Assembly: GCA_964016885.1 (NCBI GenBank)
Contig: OZ024744.1
Location: forward strand, 10,540,001 to 10,604,000
Direction of reading: 5' to 3'
Length of the DNA stretch: 64,000 nucleotides
Source: Eledone cirrhosa
Taxonomy: Eukaryota
Shown here: positions 1 through 10,590 of the stretch, in pieces
How positions within the stretch are numbered: position 1 is the stretch's first letter
Layout: the number at the start of each line of letters is the position of its first letter
Notes under the pieces: model-generated
What the model saw: the letters and a program-made list of their open reading frames with translations, nothing else
Told to the model about the DNA's origin: nothing
The model's database searches: none
Made by a program: the position numbers and the translations under genes

Positions 1-526
1 TACTCCAATATGTTGTGCTGTGATACTCCAATATGTTGTGTTGTTGTACTCCAATCTGTTGTGTTGTTATACTCCAATATGTTGTGTTGTTATACTCCAA
101 TATGTTGTTTTACTCCAATATGTTGTGTTGTTGTACTCCAATATGTTGTGTTGTAGTACTCCAATATGTTGTGTTGTTGTAATCCAATATCTTGTGTTGT
201 TATACTCCAATATGTTGTGTTGTTGTACTCCAATATGTTGTGTTGTTGTTCTCCAATATGTTGTGTTGTTATACTCCAATATGTTGTGTTATGATACTCC
301 AATATGTTGTGCTGTTGTACTCCAATATGTTGTGTTGTCGTACTCCAATATGTGATGTTGTATTGTTTTTCTCCAATATGTCATGTTATACTCCAATATG
401 TTGTGTTCGTGTACTGCAATATGTTGTGTTATTGTACTCCAATATGTTGCGTTGTTGTACTCCAATATGTTGTGTTGTTATACTCCAATATGTCGTGTTG
501 TTGTACTCCAATATGTTGTTTTGTTG

Positions 527-730
527 TACTCCAATATGTCATGTTGTTGTACTCCAGTATGTCTTGTTATACTCCAATATGTCGTGTTGCTGTACTCCAA
601 TATGTCATGCTGTTGTACTCCAATATGTTTTGCTGTTGTACTCCACTGTGTTGTGTTGTTGAACTCCAATATGTTGTGTTGTTGTTCTCCAATATTTTGT
701 GATGTTGTACTCCAATGTGTTGTGTTGTTA
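527..730 (+). repeat. Representative copy of recurrent cassette B (CCAGTATGTCTTG ... CCACTGTG ... GAACTCC ... TTCTCCAATATTTTGTG)
   Basis: The same monomer order recurs near 1100, 5120, 8020, 11245, 11610, 16220, 18865, 20460, 21960, 24600, 25830 and 26380, and in the +20646 copies. The last copy I see is near 47030-47190. Confidence 0.88.
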
Positions 731-1460
731 TACTCCAATATGTTGTGTTGTTATACTCCAATATGTTGTGTTGTTATACTCCAATATGTTGTGTTGTTGT
801 ACTCCAATATGTTGTGTTGTGATACTCCAATATGTTGTGCTGTTGTACTCCAATATGTTGAGTTGTTATACTCCAATATGTAGTGTTGTTATACTTCAAT
901 ATGTTGTGTTGTTGTACTCCAATATGTTGTGTTGTTGTACTCCAATATGTTGTGTTGTTGTACTCCAATATGTTGTGTTGTTGTACTCCAATATGTGATG
1001 TTGTTGTACTCCAATATGTCGCGTTGTTGTACTCCAATATGTTGTGTTGTTATACTCCAATATTTCGTGTTGTTTTACTCCAATATGTCATGTTGTTGTA
1101 CTCCAGTATGTCTTGTTATACTCCAATATGTCGTGTTGCTGTACTCCAATATGTCATGTTGTTGTACTCCAATATGTTTTGCTGTTGTACTCCACTGTGT
1201 TGTGTTGTTGAACTCCAATATGTTGTGTTGTTGTTCTCCAATATTTTGTGCTGTTGTACTCCAATTTGTGTTGTTGTACTCCAATATGTTGTGTTGTTGT
1301 ACTCCAATATGTTGTGTTGTTGTACTCCAATATGTTGTGTTGTTATACTCCAATATGTTGTGATGTTGTACTCCAATATGTCGTGTTGTTGTACTCCAAT
1401 ATGTTTTGATGGTGTACTCCAATATGTTGTGTTGTTGTACTCCAATATGTTTTGATGTTG

Positions 1461-2720
1461 TACTCCAATATGCTGTGATGTTGTACTCCAATATGATGTG
1501 ATGTTGTACTCCAATGCGTTGTGTTGTTGTACTCCAATGTGATGTGTTGTTGTACTCCAATATGTTGTGCCGTTGTACTCCAATATCTTTTATTTTTGTA
1601 CTCCAATATGTTGTGTTGTTATACTCCAATATGTTGTGTTGTTATACTCCAATATGTTGTGCTGTTGTACTCCAAATCTCGTGTTGTTATACTCCAATGT
1701 GTTGTGTTGTTATACTCCAATATGGTGTATTGTTGTACTCCAATATGTTGTATTGTTTTTTTCCAATATGTCATGTTATACTCCAATATGTTGTGTTCGT
1801 GTTCTCCAATATGTTGTGTTATTGTACTCCAATATGTTGCGTTGTTGTACTCCAATATGTTGTGTTGTTATACTCCAATATGTTGTGTTGTTGTACTCCA
1901 ATATGTTGTCTTGTTGTACTCCAAAAGGCCATGTTATCGTACTCCAATATGTCTTGTTATACTCCAATATGTCGTATGGCTGTACTCCAATATGTCATGT
2001 TGTTGTACTCCAATATGTCTTGTTATAGTCCAATATGTCGTGTTGTTGTACTCCAATATGTCATGTAGTTGTATTCCAATATTTCGTGTTGTTGTACCCC
2101 AATATGTCGTGTTGTTTATACTCCAATATGTTTTGCTGTTGTACTCCAATATGTTGTGTTGCTGTACTCCAATATGTTGTGTTGTTATTCTCCAATATGT
2201 TGTGCTGTTGTACTCCAATGTGTTATGTTGTTATACTCCAATATGTTGTGCTGTGCTACTCCAATATATTGTGTTGTTGTACTCCAATGTGTTGTGTTGT
2301 TATACTCCAATATGTTGTGTTGATTTACTCCAATATGTTGTGTTGTTGTACTCCAATCTGTTGTGTTGTTATACTCCAATATGTTGTGTTGTTATACTCC
2401 AATATGTTGTGTTGTTTTACTCCAATATGTTGTGTTGTTGTACTCCAATACGTTGTGTTGTTGTACTCCAATATGTTGTGTTGTTGTAATCCAATATCTT
2501 GTGTTGTTATACTCCAATATGTTGTGTTGTTCTACTCCAATATGTTGTGTTGTTATACTCCAATATGTTGTGTTGTGATACTCCAATATGTTGTGCTGTT
2601 GTACTCCAATATGTTGTGTTGTTATACTCCAATATCTTGTGTTGTTTTACTCCAATATGTTGTGTTGTTGTACTCCAATATGTTGTATTGTTGTTCTCCA
2701 ATATGTCATGTTATACTCCA
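1461..2720 (+). repeat. Representative copy of recurrent ordered variant-monomer cassette A (~1.0-1.2 kb)
   Basis: Fixed order of rare monomers: GTGCCGTTG, T-tract monomer, AAATCTCGTG, TATTGTTTTTTTCC, GTTCGTG, AAAAGGCCATGTTATCG, TGGCTG, TTATAGTCC, TACCCC, CTGTGCTAC, TTGATTTAC, GTAATCCAATATCTTG. The GGCC monomer starts at 1917, 6033, 8905, 12427, 17134, 22866, 27266, 29198, 33073, 37780, 43512, 47912, 49844, 52173, 59459 and 62493. Confidence 0.93.
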
Positions 2721-5700
2721 ATAAGTTTTGTTCTTGTACTCCAATATGTTGTGTTGTTGTACTCCAATATATCATGTTGTCGTACTCCAATATGTCATGT
2801 TATACTCCAATATGTCGTTGTTATACTCCAATATGTCATGTTGTTGTACTCCAATATGTCGTATTGTTGTACTCCAATATGTTTTGATGTTGTACTCCAA
2901 TATGTTGTGTTGTTGTACTCCAATATGTTGTGTTGTTGTACTCCAATATGTTGTGTTGTTGTACTCCAATATGTTGTGTTGTTATACTCCAATATGTTAT
3001 GATGTTGTACTCCAATATATTGTGTTGTTGTACTCCAATATGTTGTGTTGTTGTATTCAATACGCTGTGTTGTTGTACTCCAATATGTTGTGTTGTTGTA
3101 CTCCAATATGTAGTTGTACTCCAATATGTTGTGTTGTTGTACTCCAATATGCTGTGTTGTTATACTCCAATATGTATTGTTGTTGTAATTCAATATATTG
3201 TGTTGTTGTACTCCAATATGTTGTGTTGTTGTATTCAATACGCTGTGTTGTTGTACTCCAATATGTTGTGTTGTTGTACTCCAATATGTAGTTGTACTCC
3301 AATATGTTTTGATGTTGTACTCCAATATGTTGTGTTGTTGTACTCCAATATGTTGTGTTGTTGTACTCCAATATGTTGTGTTGTTGTATTCCAATATGTT
3401 GTGTTGTTATACTCCAATATGTTATGTTGTTGTACTCCAATATGTCATGTTGTTGTACTCCAATATGTTTTGATGTTGTACTCCAATATGTTGTGTTGTT
3501 GTACTCCAATATGTTTTGATGTTGTACTCCAATATGTTGTGTTGTTGTACTCCAATATGTTGTGTAGTCGTACTCCAATATGTTGTGTTGTTGTACTCCA
3601 ATATGCTGTGATGTTGTACTCCAATATGATGCGCTGTTGTACTCCAATGCGTTGTGTTGTTGTACTCCAATATGCTGTGTTGTTATACTCCAATATGTTG
3701 TGTTGTTATACTCCAATATGTTGTGTTGTTGTACTCCAATATGTTGTGTGGTTGTAATCCAATATCTTGTGTTGTTATACACCAATATGTTGTGCTGTTG
3801 TACTCCAATATGTTGAGTTGTTATACTCCAATATGTAGTGTTGTTATACTCCAATATTTTGTGTTGTTGTACTCCAATCTGTTGCGTTATACTCCAATAT
3901 GTTGTGTTGTTATACTCCAATATGTTTTGATGCTGTACTCCAATATGTTGTGTTGTTGTACTACAATATGTTGTGTTGTTGTACTCCAATATGTTGTGTT
4001 GTTATACTCCAATATGTTGTGCTGTTGTACTCCAATATGTTGTGTTGTTGTACTCCAATCTGTTGTGTTGTTATACTGCAATATATTGTGTTGTTATACT
4101 CCAATATGTTGTGTTGTTTTACTCCAATATATTGTGTTGCTGTACTCCAAAATGTTGTATTGTTGTTCTCCAATATGTCATGTTATACTCCAATAAGTTG
4201 TGTTCTTGTACTCCAATATGTTGTGTTGTTGTACTCCAATATGTTGTGTTGTTGTAGTCCAATATATCATGTTGTCGTACTCCAATATGTCATGTTATAC
4301 TCCAATATGTCGTTGTTATACTCCAATAGGTCATGATGTTGTACTCCAATATGTCGTGTTGTCGTACTCCAATATGTTGTGTTGTTGTACTCCAATATGT
4401 TGTGCTGTTGTACTCCAATATGTTGTGTTGTTGTACTCCAATATGCTGTGTTGTTATACTCCAATATGTTGTGCTGTTGTACTCCAATATTTCGTGTTGT
4501 TGTACTCCAATACGTCGTGTTGTACTCCAATATGTTGTATTGTTATACTCCAATATGTTATGTTATTGTACTCCAATATGTCTTGTTGTTGTACTCCAAT
4601 ATGTTTTGATGTTGTACTCCAATATGTTGTGTTGTTGTACTCCAATATGTTTTGATGTTGTACTCCAATATGTTGTGTTGTTGTACTCCAATATGTTGTG
4701 TAGTCGTACTACAATATGTTGTGTTGTTGTACTCTAATATGTTGTGTTGTTATTCTCCAATATGTTGTGATGTTGTACTCCAATATTTTTTGTTTTTTGT
4801 ACTCCAATATGTTGTGTTGTTATACTCCAATATGTTGTGTTGTTGTACTCCAATATGTTGTGTTGTGATACTCCAATATGTTGTGCTGTTGTACTCCAAT
4901 ATGTTGAGTTGTTATACTCCAATATGTAGTGTTGTTATACTTCAATATGTTGTGTTGTTGTACTCCAATATGTTGTGTTGTTGTACTCCAATATGTTGTG
5001 TTGTTGTACTCCAATATGTGATGTTGTTGTACTCCAATATGTCGCGTTGTTGTACTCCAATATGTTGTGTTGTTATACTCCAATATTTCGTGTTGTTTTA
5101 CTCCAATATGTCATGTTGTTGTACTCCAGTATGTCTTGTTATACTCCAATATGTCGTGTTGCTGTACTCCAATATGTCATGCTGTTGTACTCCAATATGT
5201 TTTGCTGTTGTACTCCACTGTGTTGTGTTGTTGAACTCCAATATGTTGTGTTGTTGTTCTCCAATATTTTGTGCTGTTGTACTCCAATTTGTGTTGTTGT
5301 ACTCCAATATGTTGTGTTGTTGTACTCCAATATGTTGTGTTGTTATACTCCAATATGTTGTGTTGTTATACTCCAATATGTTGTTCTGTTGTACTCCAAT
5401 ATTTCGTGTTGTTGTACTCCAATACGTCGTGTTGTTGTACTCCAATATGTTTTGATGTTGTACTCCAATATGTTGTGTTGTTGTACTCCAATATGTTTTG
5501 ATGTTGTACTCCAATATGTTGTGCTGTTGTACTCCAATATGTGGTGTAGTCGTACTCCAATATGTTGTGTTGTTGTACTCCAATATGCTGTGATGTTGTA
5601 CTCCAATATGATGTGATGTTGTACTCCAATGCGCTGTGTTGTTGTACTCCAATGTGATCTGTTGTTGTACTTCAATATGTTGTGCCGTTATACTCCAATA

Positions 5701-8700
5701 TTTTTTTATTTTTGTACTCCAATATGTTGTGTTGTTATACTCCAATATGTTGTGTTGTTATACTCCAATATGTTGTGCTGTTGTACTCCAAATCTCGTGT
5801 TGTTATACTCCAATGTGTTGTGTTGTTATACTCCAATATGGTGTGTTGTTGTACTCCAATATGTTGTATTGTTTTTTTCCAATATGTCATGTTATACTCC
5901 AATATGTTGTGTTCGTATACTCCAATATGTTGTGTTATTGTACTCCAATATGTTGCGTTGTTGTACTCCAATATGTTGTGTTGTTATACTCCAATATGTT
6001 GTGTTGTTGTACTCCAATATGTTGTCTTGTTGTACTCCAAAAGGCCATGTTATCGTACTCCAATATGTCTTGTTATACTCCAATATGTCGTGTGGCTGTA
6101 CTCCAATATGTCATGTTGTTGTACTCCAATATGTCTTGTTATAGTCCAATATGTCGTGTTGTTGTACTCCAATATGTTATGTAGTAGTATTCCAATATTT
6201 CGTGTTGTTGTACCCCAATATGTCGTGTTGTTTATACTCCAATATGTTTTGCTGTTGTACTCCAATATGTTGTGTTGTTATTCTCCAATATGTTGTGCTG
6301 TTGTACTCCAATGTGTTATGTTGTTATACTCCAATATGTTGTGCTGTGCTACTCCAATATATTGTGTTGTTGTACTCCAATATGTTGTGTTGTTATACTC
6401 CAATATGTTGTGTTGACTTACTCCAATATGTTGTGTTGTTGTACTCCAATCTGTTGTGTTGTTATACTCCAATATGTTGTGTTGTTTTACTCCAATATGT
6501 TGTGTTGTTGTACTCCAATATGTTGTGTTGTTGTACTCCAATATGTTGTGTTGTTGTAATCCAATATCTTGTGTTGTTATACTCCAATATGTTGTGTTGT
6601 TGTACTCCAATATGTTGTGTTGTTATACTCCAATATGTTGTGTTGTGATACTCCAATATGTTGTGCTGTTGTACTCCAATATGTTGTGTTGTTATACTCC
6701 AATATGTTGTGTTGTTTTACTCCAATATGTTGTGTTGTTGTACTCCAATATGTTGTATTGTTGTTCTCCAATATGTCATGTTATACTCCAATAAGTTGTG
6801 TTCTTGTACTCCAATATGTTGTGTTGTTGTACTCCAATATGTTGTGTAGTCGTACTCCAATATGTTGTATTGTTATACTCCAATATGTTGTGCTGTTGTA
6901 CTCCAATATGTTCTGTTGTTGTACTCCAATATATTGTGTTGTTGTACTCCAATATGTCGTGTTGTTGTACTCCAATATGTCGTGTTGTTGTACTCCAATA
7001 TGTTGTGTTGTTATACTCCAATATGTTGTGTTGTTGTACTCCAATATGTTGTGTTGTTATACTCCAATATGTTATGTTGTTGTACTCCAATATGTCATGT
7101 TGTTGTACTCCAATATGTTTTGATGTTGTACTCCAATATGTTGTGTTGTTGTACTCCAATATGTTTTGATGGTGTACTCCAATATGTTGTGTTGTTGTAC
7201 TCCAATATGTTGTGCAGTCGTACTCCAATATGCTGTGTTGTTTTACTCCAATATGCTGTGATGGTGTACTCCAATATGATGTGCTGTTGTACTCCAAATG
7301 TGTTGTGTTGTTGTACTCCAATATGCTGTGTTGTTATACTCCAATATGTTGTGTTGTTGTACTCCAATATGTTGTGTTGTTGTACTCCAATATGTTGTGT
7401 TGTTGTAATCCAATATCTTGTGTTGTTATACTCCAATATGTTGTGTTGTTGTACTCCAATATGTTGAGTTGTTATACTTCAATATGTAGTGTTGTTATAC
7501 TCCAATATGTTGTGTTGTTGTACTCCAATCTGTTGCGTTATACTCCAATATGTTGTGTTGTTATACTCCAATATGTTGTGTTGTTATACTCCAATATGTT
7601 GTGTTGTTTTACTCCAATATGTTGTATTGTTGATCTCCAATATGTCATATTATACTCCAATAAGTTGTGGTCTTGTACTCCAATATGTGTTGTTGTTGTA
7701 CTCCAATATGTTGCGTTGTTGTACTCCAATATATCATGTTGTCGTACTCCAATATGTCATGTTATACTCCAATATGTTTTGATGCTGTACTCCAATATGT
7801 TGTGTTGTTGTACTACAATATGTTGTGTTGTTGTACTCCAATATGTTGTGTTGTTATACTCCAATATGTTGTGCTGTTGTACTCCAATATGTTGTGTTGT
7901 TATACTCCAATATGTAGTGTTGTTATACTCCAATATGTTGTGTTGTTGTACTCCAATATGTTGTGTTGTTATACTCCAATATTTCGTGTTGTTTTACTCC
8001 AATATGTCATGTTGTTGTACTCCAGTATGTCTTGTTATACTCCAATATGTCGTGTTGCTGTACTCCAATATGTCATGCTGTTGTACTCCAATATGTTTTG
8101 CTGTTGTACTCCACTGTGTTGTGTTGTTGAACTCCAATATGTTGTGTTGTTGTTCTCCAATATTTTGTGCTGTTGTACTCCAATTTGTGTTGTTGTACTC
8201 CAATATGTTGTGTTGTTGTACTCCAATATGTTGTGTTGTTGTACTCCAATATGTTGTGTTGTTGTACTCCAATATGTTGTGTTGTTATACTCCAATATGT
8301 TGTTCTGTTGTACTCCAATATTTCGTGTTGTTGTACTCCAATACGTCGTGTTGTTGTACTCCAATATGTTTTGATGTTGTACTCCAATATGTTGTGTTGT
8401 TGTACTCCAATATGTGGTGTAGTCGTACTCCAATATGCTGTGTTGTTGTACTCCAATATGCTGTGATGTTGTACTCCAATCTGATGTGATGTTGTACTCC
8501 AATGCGCTGTGTTGTTGTACTCCAATGTGATGTGTTGTTGTACTCCAATATGTTGTGCCGTTGTACTCCAATATTTTTTATTTTTGTACTCCAATATGTT
8601 GTGTTGTTATACTCCAATATTTTGTGTTGTTATACTCCAATATGTTGTGCTGTTGTACTCCAAATCTCGTGTTGTTATACTCCAATGTGTTGTGTTGTTA

Positions 8701-10149
8701 TACTCCAATATGGTGTGTTGTTGTACTCCAATATGTTGTATTGTTTTTTTCCAATATGTCATGTTATACTCCAATATGTTGTGTTCGTATACTCCAATAT
8801 GTTGTGTTATTGTACTCCAATATGTTGCGTTGTTGTACTCCAATATGTTGTGTTGTTATACTCCAATATGTTGTGTTGTTGTACTCCAATATGTTGTCTT
8901 GTTGTACTCCAAAAGGCCATGTTATCATACTCCAATATGTCTTGTTATACTCCAATATGTCGTGTGGCTGTACTCCAATATGTCATGTTGTTGTACTCCA
9001 ATATGTCTTGTTATAGTCCAATATGTCGTGTTGTTGTACTCCAATATGTTATGTAGTAGTATTCCAATATTTCGTGTTGTTGTACCCCAATATGTCGTGT
9101 TGTTTATACTCCAATATGTTTTGCTGTTGTACTCCAATATGTTGTGTTGCTGTACTCCAATATGTTGTGTTGTTATACTCCAATCTGTTGTGTTGTTATA
9201 CTCCAATATGTTGTGTTGTTATACTCCAATATGTTGTGTTGTTTTACTCCAATATGTTGTGTTGTTGTACTCCAATATGTTGTGTTGTTGTACTCCAATA
9301 TGTTGTGTTGTTGTAATCCAATATCTTGTGTTGTTATACTCCAATATGTTGTGTTGTTGTACTCCAATATGTTGTGTTGTTGTTCTCCAATATGTCGTGT
9401 TGTTATACTCCAATATGTTGTGTTATGATACTCCAATATGTTGTGCTGTTGTACTCCAATATTTTGTGTTGTTATACTCCAATATGTAGTGTTGTTATAC
9501 TCCAATATGTTGTGATGTTGTACTCCAATCTGTTGTGTTGTTATACTCCAATATGTTGTGTTGTTATACTCCAATATGTTGTGTTGTTATACTCCAGTAT
9601 GTTGTGTTGTTGTACTCCAATATGTTGTGATGTTGCACTCCAAAATGTTGTGTTGTTGTACTCCAATATGTTGTGTTGTTGTACTCCAATACGTTGTGTT
9701 GTTGTACTCCAATATTTTGTACTGTTATACTCCAATATGTTGTGTTGTTATACTCCAAAAAGTTGTGTTGTTTTACTCCAATATGTTGTGTTGTTATACT
9801 CCAGTATGTTGTGTTGTTGTACTCCAATATGTTGTGTTGTTGTACTCCAATATGTCATGTTATACTCCAATATGTCATGTTGTTTTACTCCAATATGTTG
9901 TGTTGTTGCACTCCAATATGTCGTGTTGTTGTACTCCAATATGTTGTGTTTTGTACTCCAATATGTTGTGTTATTGTACTCCAATATGTTGTGTTGTTAT
10001 ACTCCAATATGCTGTGCTGTTGTACTCCAATATGTTATGTTGTACTCCAATATGTTGTGTTGTTGTACTCCAATATATCATGTTGTCGTACTCCAATATG
10101 TCATGTTATACTCCAATATGTCGTTGTTATACTCCAATATGTCATGTTG

Positions 10150-10590
10150 TCGTACTCCAATACGCCGCGCTGTTGTACTCCAATATGTTTTGAAGTTGTA
10201 CTCCAATATGTTGTGTTGTTGTACTCCAATATGTTGTGTTGTTGTACCCCAATATGTTGTGTTGTTATACTCCAATATGTTGTGCTGTTGTACTCCAATA
10301 TGTCAGGTTGTTGTACTCCGATATTTCGTGTTGTTCTACTCCAATATTTCGTGTTGTTTTACTCCAATACGTCGTGGTGTTGTACTCCAATATGTTTTGA
10401 TGTTGTACTCCAATATGTCGTGTTGTTGTACTCCAATATGTTGTGTTGTTGAACTCCAATATGTTGTGTTGTTGAACTCCAATATGCTGTGTTGTTATAC
10501 TCCTAAATGTTGTGTTGTTGTACTCCAATATGTTGTGTTGTACTCCAATATGTTGTGTTGTTACACTCCACAATGTTGTGTTGTTGTACT
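10150..10590 (+). repeat. Representative copy of recurrent cassette C (GCCGCGCTG ... TCAGGTTG, CCGATATTTCG, ACTCCTAAATG, ACACTCCACAA)
   Basis: Recurs near 14180 (partial), 15250, 29875, 30868, 34830 (partial) and 35895. Confidence 0.85.

Larger units (their letters stand above)
1..3149 (+). repeat. Third copy of the block at ~25281-28498 and ~45927-49144 (truncated by the window start)
   Basis: ORF offsets are +25280 (67->25347, 883->26163) and then +25349 (1514->26863, 2930->28279). The copies share the private 28-bp fused monomer (341, 25621, 46267) and the TCGTATGGCTG variant. Confidence 0.92.
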
